A DNA stretch of 56,794 bases, the filler included, from Sphacelaria rigidula (taxonomy: Eukaryota): the NCBI GenBank assembly GCA_964200075.2. It is 7 parts of 7 records of this genome, joined end to end, with 100 filler letters (N's around TTAATTAATTAA, not from the genome) between each part and the next. Parts side by side here need not be neighbours in the genome. Positions count along the whole stretch, not along the records: positions 24,385 to 32,412 come from CAXNAA020012586.1; positions 32,513 to 40,540 come from CAXNAA020012587.1; 5 more parts are not named here. The stretch is one strand, 5' to 3'. The position numbers and the translations under genes were made by a program. This document shows, piece by piece, positions 24,457 through 36,080 of this stretch; position 1 is the first letter of the stretch, and each line of letters begins with the position of its first letter. The notes under the pieces were generated by a model that saw only the letters and a list, made by a program, of their open reading frames with translations, was not told where the DNA came from and did not search any database.

Positions 24457-27400
24457 ATGTCTTGTCACGGAGATAGTTCCTCGTACAGTCAGAACTCGAA
24501 TCGCGTCACGTGGGTAGCCCTCGGCTGGGCTCAAGTACCAGCATTTTTCGGTCTTCGGCTGTAATTTATTTGTCCGCTTCCTTCTACAAAAATCAGGCTT
24601 CAGGAAGGGAATGAGATCACCTTCCGGTGGTAATCCATACCACATCTCATCCGGTGATCCGTGGTGCGGGTTAGCCGAGGTAGCGGTACAGTTCAGGGCG
24701 TGACACGCCCAGTTCGCCTGTTCAGCCCACATGCTGTCACCGTTTGGGATGCGCTCGTCGGGGTACAGCTCAGATGCTTGGATTCTGGCCGCAAGGCCTG
24801 CTGTTTCGATGATACCTCACGCTCGCTCTGCAACACCGTTGAACTGGGGTGAGTCGGCAGTTGTCTTCTCCCCCTTTATCTTTTCCCTGTCGCACAGTTC
24901 ACCAAATGCACCCTCCGAAAATTCACCCCCGTCATCGCTACGGACCATCTCAACTTTTCTCGGAGAGGCCCATGCAATGTATTTCGCGAAGTATCTCTCT
25001 GCCTCATCCTTCTTACGGAGGAAACACAGCTTTGTGTGCCGTGAGTGATCATCTCGGACAATCATCGTGTACGACTTTCCCCCGTTAGACTTGACTGGTT
25101 TTGGCCCGGAAAGATCTACGAACACCCTCGACGCTGATTTAGCTGCTCTCGTGTGCGTCGATCTTGGAACCGGCGCCCGCAGTCCCTTCGCCTCTGAGCA
25201 GCCGCGGCAGGGCTGCAGCTCCCCAGCCAGCTGCTTTCCCTGCTGCTTCGCCGTCTTCCTCAGTAAATCCTCGTGGACGTGAGCGTGGGAACAGTGGAAC
25301 TCGTTGATGTCAGCGGTCTGGGGGCTAGACGGAGCCCCTGGGGCAATAACAGCGTATGCCGAAGCACACTTGTCACTACCACTTTGATTGAGGCGGCGGG
25401 CGTACATTCTGAGTTGACGTGGTTGTCCGGGTATTATCAGTGCGTTTCCTGAATTGAGATCTACCCTGAAACCTGTACGAAAACCAGTGTAGGTGTGTCC
25501 CATGTATTGGACCCTCGTGAGGACAAGAGGTGATGACGGACATCAGGTACATGGTCAACATCCACTAGTTTTAGGATTACATCCTGTCCGTCAGATCTGA
25601 AGGCAAAAGACAAATTTCGTCTGCCTACGATCGGGTAAGTACTACCTCCCGCGCACCGTAGTACCCTACCCTTGCACTCTCTGTACTCCATCATCCCATG
25701 GGAATCGTGGGAGAAATGCTGGTTAGCCCCCGTGTCAAATATCCACGGTTCGCCCTCACCCTGCTGACTGTCACCTCCCTGCTCAACACTCAATGCATAC
25801 TCGCCTGCGTCGTCGTTGATGGTGGTGCCAAGAGAGGTGAAAGCCTCCCCATCGGCCACCGAACAGACGGAGGAGCCGCCACTGTCGTCGGCCGCGCCGG
25901 TCGCCATCACCGCGTCTTCTGTCTTCTCTGTCGACCTCGGGCAGTCCCAGAACGTGTGCCCCTGCTGACCGCACCTCCCGCAGTATCTCTTCGGGCAGTT
26001 CCTGGCTCGATACGTCGTGTTCTCGTTGCAAACGTGCCAGCGGAGCAGCTGCCCAGTCGCCGGTTTGCCGTCCGACGGTGCCGACCCAGAGCTACTTGAA
26101 CTCTGGCTCCCGCTGTTTTTCTGGTCAGAGTCCTGGGATTTTCCCGGTTTTCCCTTGCGGCGCGCACCGCTCTGTTTCCCGGTCCCACCCCTGGCAAGGA
26201 GAGCTTGGTCGCCCGGGGATGACTTCCTTCCCCGGGCAAGTTCCTGCTTCAAAGATGTTGATTCGAAGCGCTTTCGGATCGAAGTCAACACAACCTCCCG
26301 TGTCAGCAGTTCCTCTCGATCCTCGAGCAATTGCTTCTGAATGTGATACTCGAAAGGCAACGCATTGAAATATTTCAAGAGAATATGATTTTCGCTTAGT
26401 CGTTCATGCTCCTCGTATGAATTCAGGTTACGTGCAAGTTCCTCCATCCCGAGCAGCTTCTGCTTTGGATCATCACGGACACCTGTCTTGATTCCATCGA
26501 ACTTTTCCAACAAAGCGGTTCTCGCCCCATTTGTTTTGAGACGAAAGACATCCTCGAGTTTTGTCCATACCGCAGCAGGTGAGTGGATTCTAATCAAAAT
26601 ATTATTGCTCCCTCCTTCCTTCTAAACTAGCTACAAGCATTCGTCTGGCCCTTACGTTGGCTGCCAATGTGTCCTTTTCATGTCTGCTCTCCAGATATCC
26701 CATCGCTATCTCAGGATTACCGACATCTACATCGTTAGAACTATTGCCGGCCATGGTGAACATCCAGTCAATTCCTTCGCCCCTTGCGAAGTTGACCGGC
26801 TCATGCCTGTACCGAGCATAACCAGCGCCCTTCCCCGAAGATTTTGGGACGTTCTGTCGAAAAGCGGGAACCCCTGACACATTTCCACTGGTATCGTTTA
26901 TTTGGATTGACTCAAGTGCGGGGACAAAGCCCCTAGCTTCGTCACTGGTGGCCTCGTTGTCCATTGCGTCGCGCGCTCCATCCTCTGGAAAAGCTTGGCA
27001 CCCAATGTACCGTCGCTCTCGTCGAACTCCAGCACCACGTCGCTCTACTGTCCTATTTTTGTTGAATTCCCCCTGTTGACTATGGGAACCTTCACTATCG
27101 AGGACGCCGTTGTTTTCTGCGCCCCCGGCCTCTCTTTCTGACTTCATATTGTCCATGTTACTCTGTAATGTAGCTTGGCTTAGCTGCATATCACGGATGA
27201 GCTGAGCCAAGGAACTCATCTGACTACGTACCTCTCGCAACTCCTCTGTAACACCCTGCTCACCGATAACTGTAGTAGGCCTATCACCTTGTTCGGCCAT
27301 TCTGCCCAACCGATTGTAACACTAGTGTATTCCGTGGCCCGTGGCGAAGGATAGATAGTTTTGTCTTTTGTATTATCGGAGAGTGCCTAGACCGAGTCGA

Positions 27401-27617
27401 CCCTATGACTGAGGGATCAGGTGTTGAGTGGGCTCAGCAGGCAGCGTCGCAGATGCCGTGAGCAGGGTGCTGTAGTCACACACACTCGACTACCAGTACC
27501 CGCACGTCCGCATGAATCTATCCGCACGTGTGCGTGTTCACTCAGTGTACCTGTTCACATGAACACTGGCTTGCGGCACGCTCTTGTCGTCGCGCACGCA
27601 CAGATGCACATGTTACA
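24457..27617 (-). mobile_element. Ty1/Copia LTR retrotransposon, 5' half (LTR-gag-protease-integrase), pseudogenised and truncated
   Basis: gag (SPAAVWTKLEDVF, LPFEY), zinc knuckle CGRCGQQGHTFWDC, protease WIFDTGANQH, pre-integrase FHCSHAH...CRGC, integrase VFVDLSG / VRSDDGGEF / NGVAERA / WAEQANWA. The order PR-IN is Copia-type. Frameshifts near 26600 and 25510 and a stop at 24817. RT and RNase H are absent. Confidence 0.93.
27315..27617 (-). repeat. Putative 5' LTR of the Copia element (303 bp)
   Basis: Bounded by perfect 7-bp inverted termini TGTAACA...TGTTACA immediately upstream of gag. No second LTR is in the scaffold to confirm it. Confidence 0.7.
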
Positions 27618-27779
27618 TGTCGGGTAAAATCAACGATGAATAACACCTCCCATGTTGCGGGTGGATCTCTTTTTGCCGCAGCACCGTCCTTGCTGCCATG
27701 TGTGTGACAGAGAACAGTAGCGGTGACACAAACATCGTTCTATTTCTCAACGGCGTGTTCTACGGCGCACAAAGGCGCG

Positions 27780-28092
27780 TCCTGCCCAAAAAGAGAGGCA
27801 GAGAAGAATCGACTTTCGCACTGGTAAGCTCCACAGACACGAAGAGACGCCACCCGTCGGCACCTCGATGTTCTTCGTGCGGCTGTGCAGTAATATCCTG
27901 CCTACCGGCACATGGGAAATTGGGTACATGCTGGTATCATGTATGATGCTCGTCTCTCGAGCGATTGGGAATCGCCGAGCGGAGACACACAAAGGAAGCC
28001 GGCGAGGAGCTTCCTCTCTGCCGTTACCCCTCCGGTGATATCGTCATCGACACGCGTGTACACCAGATTTGTTCGGTGCACCTAGCTACAAC
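27780..28092 (+). repeat. Diverged copy of unidentified repeat Y (homologous to 30852-31165)
   Basis: Shared CTGTGCAGTAAT...CCTACCGG.ACATGG.AAATTGGGTA and CTCCGGTGATATCGT.ATCGACA..CGTGTACACCA. Confidence 0.75.
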
Positions 28093-29262
28093 TGTAAAAC
28101 CGCTGCAGAGTTTTGGGGGGGAATATGGTTTCCCTTGGTGTGACTGTTTCGCGCCATTCCTGCAAAACCTTACGCCGCTTGAACCCGGTTTTAGTGTTCA
28201 ATCCCATAATTTAGAATCGGCTGCTCATACATGTGCCGCACAACGAACAGGGCAACCTCGGTGCACCGAGCCATCTATGAACACACCCCACCGTCGTACG
28301 CTTCCAAATTCTCTCTGTAACATCCTTCTTGCCACGCAATGCGCGTCGGAGCTCACGACGGGATATGAATTCACTGTTACTACCATCTTGAGCCGTCATC
28401 AGTTCCTCCGGTTCCCGACGTCTTCACGAGGTCCAGAGATGCCTGGAGCGCCCTGGTGCGCGTTTTGGCTGACGTGTGCATCGCCCTCTGCTTGTGAGCA
28501 TAATCAGCAGCAAAAACGCGTCGACAAGGATTGACACATACGGCACGGTCGAATCTCGGCATGTTCCGGTATTTAGTAGTTTCCATCTGAATCAGAAGAT
28601 TTGTGTATTGTTTTCGTCGTCGGCGATTTTCAATGTTTTTATCGCGTGCTACCGTTCATCCCAGCGAGCGGTTGATCCCAATGTTTGGCAGTCGGGAGAT
28701 ATTAGGCATCCGCTCTACATTCCGAAACAAAAATAGTCTATGTGCTCAATATTGAACGACTTCTGAGCTGAGTTGACAGGGGGTGTCATTGGTGTCATTG
28801 ACTACTTGTGGTACAAAATATATATCTTTTCGGCTCTAGCGCAATGCATAGGTGAAAATTAAATATGAGGGCCCGTGGAATTATTGGTGAGAGTTATTGG
28901 AATTGGTTCACCCCCGCCAGTGCTATACAGAGCTCGGTTGGGCAATTTTCGTTCTTGCGTGCTTTTCCGAACAATTTCGTGTAGTACCCGTCCTTGGCGC
29001 TTGAAAGTCCTAGCGTCGATAGTTATTGGAAAGAGAAGAAGGTCGTGCTCAGAGCGCAATCGCCAATTGGAGTGAGTACCTCATTCATCACGGGGTGTTA
29101 TCGGCCGTTACTGGTGAAAAAAAAACGTTTTGCGGCTATAGCGCAATAAATAGGTGATAATAATAAAAAATCATCAGTTTCATTTGTTCACGAAAACGAT
29201 TGGGATTGCTCCAATCAAGCTAAATTACTCGAGGGTCAGAACCTGAGACTGGGTGGTCTTAG

Positions 29263-29473
29263 TGTAATGCATGAGAGGACCGCGTGCTTAGAGGACCGCA
29301 TCGGAATTTGAGCACCCCTATGGTTACGGTTAGGGTTGGGGTTAGTGTTGGGGTTAGGGTAAGGGGTGTGGTACCTGCAGGGACTGACCCGATTGGTTTT
29401 GGAAAACGTCGATCCTGAGGTATGTTGAACTACGGCGCGGTCCTCTAAGCACGCGGTCCTCTCACGTATTACA
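29263..29473. mobile_element. MITE with TGT...ACA termini, 4-bp TSD (TTAG) and internal telomere-like repeats (Ginger-like ends)
   Basis: 37-bp TIR TGTAATGCATGAGAGGACCGCGTGCTTAGAGGACCGC. TTAG at 29259-29262 and 29474-29477. A TIR fragment also occurs at ~8912-8945. Confidence 0.8.
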
Positions 29474-30851
29474 TTAGGATCCCCGAATACCGGTCAGCCC
29501 GTGAGTGGCATTCGGTAAGGTGGTCTTATTTCGGAGTGTGGAGGGGTTGCCCAGAATCTCCCGATCTCCACATTTCAGGATCACATGTTCACGGGGATCA
29601 GCGATGGCACACGGCAACACTTTCGAATATCCCCGACAACGAAATCCCCCCGAACAGCTCCTACTGTATTTCGGACGAGAATCACTGGAAATCAGTATCG
29701 GGGGAACGCTTTCGGAATGCTGGATGACACCTCGACGCTGACGAGTTCTAACACACAAATTGTCAACTAGCTTCGATCTCTATGTTTCTACTTTTCATCG
29801 TTCATCTTCTTCGCCCAAAAATGGGATTTTCAGACCTGCGCACGCTCGGGGAGTTGAAAATTGCCCGCATAGTTGATGAACCCGTCGGCTCTTGTCCATG
29901 CACAAAATTTCAGTGTATATCCTCGGCGATCACTTATAAGTACCAAGCAGCCAGCGGAGTACTGTACGCCCTCTCTCAGTGGTCTCCTCTAAGCGTACAC
30001 CCACTACACCGGCAATCAGCACACAGCTGGAGCGCGCTGCAGACCCTGTTTACAGGAGTAGGTAGTATACCCTCTGCCAGACGATCTGGACAAGAGGACT
30101 CCCAGCGTTGGACTCCTCCAGTATCACTGGCCTCGTGCTAGACAAGTACTTTCTTCTAGCTTGTTATTATCATGGAGTGATCCTGAACAGATCACGAGCC
30201 AGACAGCAAGGGGCCAGACAGCAAGGGCCATCAATCCGGGATCTCCTGTCCCCTGCCGCTGCTCCAATCATGCGTGCGATTATACTGAAACGTTACAGCT
30301 TGGTATCATTCGGCTACAGCAGCAATGGACACAACCTACAAGTGGCGCTGTGCTGCGCCAGTGGCGGTGCTTCGGCGCCTTGCTTCACCTCCATATATCG
30401 CAGCTGTGTGCTGGACCAACTGCACTACGGTTTCTCTTCGACACACTCATCAGTTTCTTCACACCCGATTGCTCTTCTCGGGAATGCCATCTGCGGCTCC
30501 TCCATTTCTGTACGGATGATCCGACCGACGATGCAACCAACAGCATGTGCGTGCACTGTGGAATATATACGGTGTATACCCGCCACCGAAACCCAGTATC
30601 ACTCTCCAGCAAGCGGGGATAGATGGATCAACACTGCCACAGCAGCAGCTACGTGACGATGGCACGCCAAATGAGCATGCATGTCTGGTCTGAAGCCATG
30701 ATTGGCTGTTGATTTCGCTGATGGTGCGGCGAATGGGGAGAGAGCTCGGCGCAGCCCCTCACCACCCACTTACTGTACACTGACAAACGGCCCCAGCTTG
30801 CACAAGTACAATGGAACGTATTCGGGACGCTTTTCTGCAGCGCACATAGAC

Positions 30852-32342
30852 ATGTCTTGTCCAGAACGAGGCGAATAGGGATCGATCTTTGCATTGGTCA
30901 GCGCCATAGACAAGAAGAGGCGATTACCCTCGGTACCCCGATCTTCGTTGGGGGTCTGTGCAGTAATCACCCGCCTACCGGTACATGGCAAATTGGGTAT
31001 GTATACTGGTAACACGAAGACAATCTCTCCAGCGAATGGGATACGCCGAACGAGGACAGACAGTGGACACAGCCGAGGAGATACATCTTCGCTATTGCTC
31101 CTCCGGTGATATCGTTATCGACAAACGTGTACACCACATTCATTCAGTGTACCTAGCCACACCTGCTTGACTGCAACATAAATGTTTGCTGTGCTATTGC
31201 TTTCCTTTGGCACTACTGTTTTGCACAAAACCTCGATATTCGAAAGGCCACATGAGCCCATTTTTCTGTTCAGCGTCATTTTTCAGAATCCTCTGTCATT
31301 TATTGCTTGCTTTAGTCGTTTGACCATTGACCACGCATCCCTTTCGAGACGGACCACAGTTCCTACTCCTAATAGAGACACCTCCAACGTCTGGGCGCTC
31401 ATGACGTCTCGTCCATACATTACATGAAACCATATATCTGATATATCTTACCCCCTTCCTGATTCGCCGTATGTGGCCACCATCTAGCTCCCCGTAGCGA
31501 TCGTTTTCGCTACCGTCTAGTGCTACCATCATCGCTTTACTCTCCCACATTTCCCCCTCGAACACGTCCCGCTCCTCCTTGAATAGTTCACAATATGCCG
31601 CTCTATGAGTGCTGCTTATAATTGCTTTTCCACGTGACCGTTTCTGTGCATCCACTTCCTCCTTTCCAACGTCTATTGTTTCAAGTGGATACAATCCCAA
31701 TGTTGCTTTCAATGCTGTATTACTCGTCGTTCATGAGCGCCAAGTATGTTCTAGCTGCTTCTATCTGTACTGTTTCCAGCTGCCTCACGAACTCCGCGTT
31801 CCCCTCCCGTACTACGCCTGTATATTCCAGCTTTGATACAATCACATGAATCAGAATATTTTCTTAACCCGAAAAAAGGAAAATATCACTTAGGACCACG
31901 TCAATCTTGCCTATCTGTGCCTTACCTTTTTTTACTACGTTTCTTATGTGTGTATCACAACAACAGTTCTTCCTTTACATCCCTACAATGAGGTGTGCTT
32001 ACTGGTCCACGATCAGCAGGTCTTCCTTTTCCCACTTCCACTGGGATTTTACAGGGTTTTCGCCATCTTCGCTACTTTACATACAAGTACCGAGCATTTT
32101 CTCCCGTTCGGTGTCACTTCCCATTTCCAGGTGTACTATAGTGTTCGGCGATTCCCAATCGCTGGAGAGATTGTCTTCGTGTTACCAGTATTCATACCCA
32201 ATTTGCCATGTACCGGTAGGCGGGTGATTACTGCACAGACCCCCAACGAAGATCGGGGTACCGAGGGTAATCGCCTCTTCTTGTCTATGGCGCTGACCAA
32301 TGCAAAGATCGATCCCTCTTCGCCTCGTTCTGGACAAGACAT
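30852..32342. repeat. 200-bp inverted duplication (30852-31051 / 32143-32342) flanking a LINE fragment
   Basis: By hand alignment the arms differ at about 5 of 200 positions. Confidence 0.9.
31296..32142 (-). mobile_element. Decayed RTEX-like LINE, 3' part
   Basis: YTWKWEVTPNGRKC, KWEKEDLLIVDQ, CELFKEERDVFEGEM and ERPDVGGVSIRSRNCGPSRKGCVVNGQTTKASNK*. Same family as 32513 and 39310. Confidence 0.8.
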
Positions 32343-32412
32343 AACAACAAATTGTGAGAATTGAGGTTTAACTTCGAGATGAGGCTCAAGCCTAAAACAG
32401 TGCTTTCCCCAC
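32343..32412 (+). mobile_element. Second copy of the unidentified repeat terminus, at the scaffold end
   Basis: AACAACAAATTGTGAGAATTGAGGTTTAACTTCGAGATGAGGCTCAAGCCTAAAACAGTGCTTTCCCCAC, identical to the reverse complement of 24387-24456. Confidence 0.8.
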
Positions 32413-32512
32413 NNNNNNNNNNNNNNNNNNNNNNNNNNNNNNNNNNNNNNNNNNNNTTAATTAATTAANNNNNNNNNNNNNNNNNNNNNNNNNNNNNNNN
32501 NNNNNNNNNNNN

Positions 32513-32875
32513 AAAGCAATAGAGAAGAGAAGTCATAGAGTGGCAGAATGAGAACTATACAAGGAGGAACGGGACGTGCTAGAGGGGGAAATGCGGAACA
32601 TGAAGGAAGGTGGCATAAAATCGTTTGATACATTAGACAGTAGCGAAAAAACCATGACTATACTAGGGGATAGATGGTGACCACAGACGGCGAAACAGGC
32701 CGGGATATGATATGTCAAGGGTTTTTGTGTGACATATGGGAGAAGCGTAGTGAGCGCCGGAATGTTGGAGGTGTCGCTATCAGGAGTAGAAACGATGCTC
32801 CGTCTCGAAAGGGATGCGTGGTCAATGGTCAAACGACTAAGGCAAGCAACAAATGAGTACGCGGCCCCTCCTCCA
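32513..32875 (+). mobile_element. RTEX-like LINE 3' end
   Basis: ELYKEERDVLEGEM...ILGDRW...CDIWEKRSERRNVGGVAIRSRNDAPSRKGCVVNGQTTKASNK* followed by a C-rich tail. Confidence 0.85.
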
Positions 32876-34539
32876 GTCATAACCCGAANNNNNNNNNNCG
32901 GTCCCGAAGGGGTGGGGTGGCAAATGGCCAACCACTAAAGCAAAGAAAAAAATAGTACCCCCCCCCCCCCTCTAACCATGAGATGCATATCTCCTCCCCC
33001 AACACCCTCATTCGTGGTGGCATCATTTGACGTTTTAGCCGTTTGTGGGCGAACTACGTGATGATACTCCCGAACGCATGAGAAGTATCGTGAATATATC
33101 GACACCCTCACTATTGTATCCCTACGATAATCAAGAGTACCACTGTTCGCTTGCTACACAATAGTGGATACCGCCCCCGGGGACGGCTAGTTTCCCGTCT
33201 CTCGAACAACCATGGGTCCAACCTCAAGATGAGACATCACCAGCACGTGCCATGAAGTCTTGAATGTACTGAAACAGACGAAACAAAAGACGGGCATTAG
33301 CCCGCAAGTTGGTTCAAATTCAAGTGCATTGGTGAGGACCCGTCGGCCCAAGTGCCGAGATTTTATTTTGGCGTTTGCGAAGCCGAACTTTACCCGATTC
33401 GGTCGCAAGTATTTCGTACCTACACTAACTCGACAGCGTAGATTCGACTTCCAGATCGTTTGTTCGGTAGCCCGTCTTGAATATCCTGAATTGGTAGTCT
33501 CGAATGCCATGTGGTCATTTTCCAGTGGAATGAAGGTTGATGTCGCAAAAGGCTCCCCGGATTCGGCGTCTCCACCAATTTGCAGTCGGTCAATGTTTCT
33601 TTCTTGGTATAATACGGAGTTTGGCCCGCGACACTTTCGCCTGAAGTACCATGGAAGTACCCCTGAGCGCATCGCTTACTTATAGCCCCCTGGGTGCATA
33701 AAAGGGTTCTTCGGATTATGGTGGTCTGGACATTTACAGTGCATCATTTCAGTCCCTTCTGCCCCATGGTTTGTGGTGTCTTCTGTACACTTAACGTTTG
33801 ATTTTTGGTGTTGCACAGGACTAGTGTAGGATCGGTGTCTTCTGAGAGGTCTTCACATCGCCGACTTTTGACCGATAATGATGAGTTCTGTGCAGTTGGG
33901 TTCTTTCTTTTTTGTGGGATCTTCTCGTCCACGATATTTGAGGGATAATGAGTGTACTCTGCGCCGTTTGATCATGACCTATAATCAACCCGGGCGGCAG
34001 AGTCGCACATGCGATCGCCAGCCTACACACAAGGGCGTATCCTCTTTTTAGAGGTTTACGTATTTCTCTGAATTTCTAAATTATCCCGAAATCATATCTT
34101 CAGCGACTAAAACTCCACATAACCCTTTGCCTTGGAATCGCTCGATTTGGGCGGTGGCGCGAAGTGCCAAAAACCTTGTAGAAAACATCAGCAAAATATA
34201 TCAGCTATCGTTCGTCTATAATGGCTTCCCTGCAGGCAGGTGACATTTTGCTGTCGAGCTCTGAGAACCCATCATTTCGTCTTGATTTGATTTTTAAGTA
34301 CGTCTTTCACGTTAGCACCGCCCAGCAGACACGCCACTTGCATTTCGCCGGACTTTATGATGCGTTCTGTTTGTGCTTGGGTTTGGAGTACGTTTTCCTT
34401 CTGCGTTGTATTCTGCATGGCGTTTGGCGTTGCAATGCGCCCCGTTACAATGCGTTTCTTCTCTCCGCGTCGCGGTGGACTCTTCGACACTCGGAGGTAC
34501 CGTCATCCATCCCGATCGCCTTTCATTTGAGAGATCGGC

Positions 34540-35600
34540 ATCATTTCTTGTCGAAAATTGAGATGGCATCATGTGCGGTTGAGAAACACTCCGCTTCACT
34601 CTGACGGTGAAATCGGTCAGCATGCCATCGCTCTCCACTGAACACAGTCCATCTCTCGCGCCAAAGCTTACAAACCTCAAGCGAGTTTTGATCTCACACG
34701 CATGTCGCATCGTCTCAACTGCACTGCCTTGTTTTTTGTCTCTGTAGCGCTGCTGCTACTCTACCACGATGCGCATCTTTGTCATCATGAGTTGATGGAT
34801 GCAACGGCTTCTACCAGTGCTCCTTTCTCAAATTTGAATCGGCATCAGGTCAACAGGTACTGACCCCTCGTGTGCGTGTGCTGTGCGCGCGTCTCGCACA
34901 AAAAATCTTCCCTCATTGAATCCTGAAAATATTTTTGCGAGGTCATGCACAACATGCTCAGCTCATGAGCAGCTACGGCTCAAGCTGCGTTTTTGACTTG
35001 CAGCCGCAATGAGTTTCCGAGGTTTACCTCTGATTGTGTTGGGTTTTGTGCCAAACCTGTGCATGTGCTCCAGTCAACGGGATGTCTATGTTTCTCTTCG
35101 GGCTAAAAACGAAGCCAACATACTCATTCAAGGCATCAGCATAATCTTCCCTTGAAAATTGAATCAGTATCATGATCGGTTGAGAAACACCTCGCTTCAC
35201 GTTAACGGTATGAACCTGTCAGCACGCCATCGCCCTCCACTAAACGCAGTCTACATCTCGGGGCAAGGCTGGTGCACCTCGAGCGTGTTTTGATCTCGCA
35301 CGCATGTCGCATCATCTCAACGGTACTTCCTTTTTCACGGTCTCCGTACTGCTGCCGCAACTACTTCTACTGCTGCTCCACCGTCGTGCTCCTTTCTTTT
35401 TCTCATCATGAGTTGCTGCATGCACCCGTTTCGACGAGTACTCCCTTTTCAAATCTGAATCGTCATCAGATCAACGGGTGCTGGCCCTTTGTGTGCGTGT
35501 GCTGTACGCGTGTCTCACACAAAAATCATTTCTCGTTGGATTCCGAATATATTTGTGCAAGGTCACGCACAACGTGCTCAGCTGATGAGCAGCTACGGCT
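34540..35600 (+). repeat. Diverged tandem duplication (~34540-34980 and ~35140-35600; period ~600 bp)
   Basis: Both copies run from GGTTGAGAAACAC..CGCTTCAC through TTTTGATCTC.CACGCATGTCGCATC to ATGAGCAGCTACGGCT. Confidence 0.85.
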
Positions 35601-35825
35601 TTTCTTTCAAACTGTATCATGTGCCACACCGCGAACGCACATAACTCTCGGTGGTGCTCAAGTATCGTGGAGTTTGATCTACTGAGTGTGGTGGAGAAAG
35701 CCGCCAAAACCATGGTACAAATATGAGTTCAGACGCGTGCGTGTCGAAGGTTAACGTTTTTTCACTTCCAAAAAAAAGGCCCTTGTTTCGTGTTGAGAAA
35801 ACATGAACAAATGAATACTGTACTC

Positions 35826-36080
35826 GACACTTTCTACGATAGCCCCCCCCCCAAAAAAGAGGCTGGTTTGGAGGGCCAAAATCTTCACGTAAATCGAAAC
35901 GGAAGAAGCCGAGCACAACGAGCAGCTGGGATTTCCCACGCTTGGGTTCGTTCTCGCCAATGTCGCCCACATGAGACGCTTCATGCAACCTGAACCCAAA
36001 CATCAGGCGCTGTATGACCATTTTATTTGTAACACTTTTGAACTGGTTTTGGGAGGGGGGGGGCTATCGTAGAAAGTGTC
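35826..36080. mobile_element. MITE with perfect ~25-bp TIRs
   Basis: GACACTTTCTACGATAGCCCCCCCC / GGGGGGGGCTATCGTAGAAAGTGTC. The internal sequence is related (inverted) to 38750-39005. Confidence 0.8.

Noticed and set aside
26598-26604. Programmed frameshift or readthrough in Copia gag
   Set aside because: The break lies mid-gag and the element has other disabling lesions, so decay explains it.
24385-32412. Whole scaffold as one 8-kb TIR element or linear replicon
   Set aside because: The interior is ordinary nested TE debris and each terminus interrupts a different host sequence. Two independent insertions that broke the assembly is simpler, though not proven.
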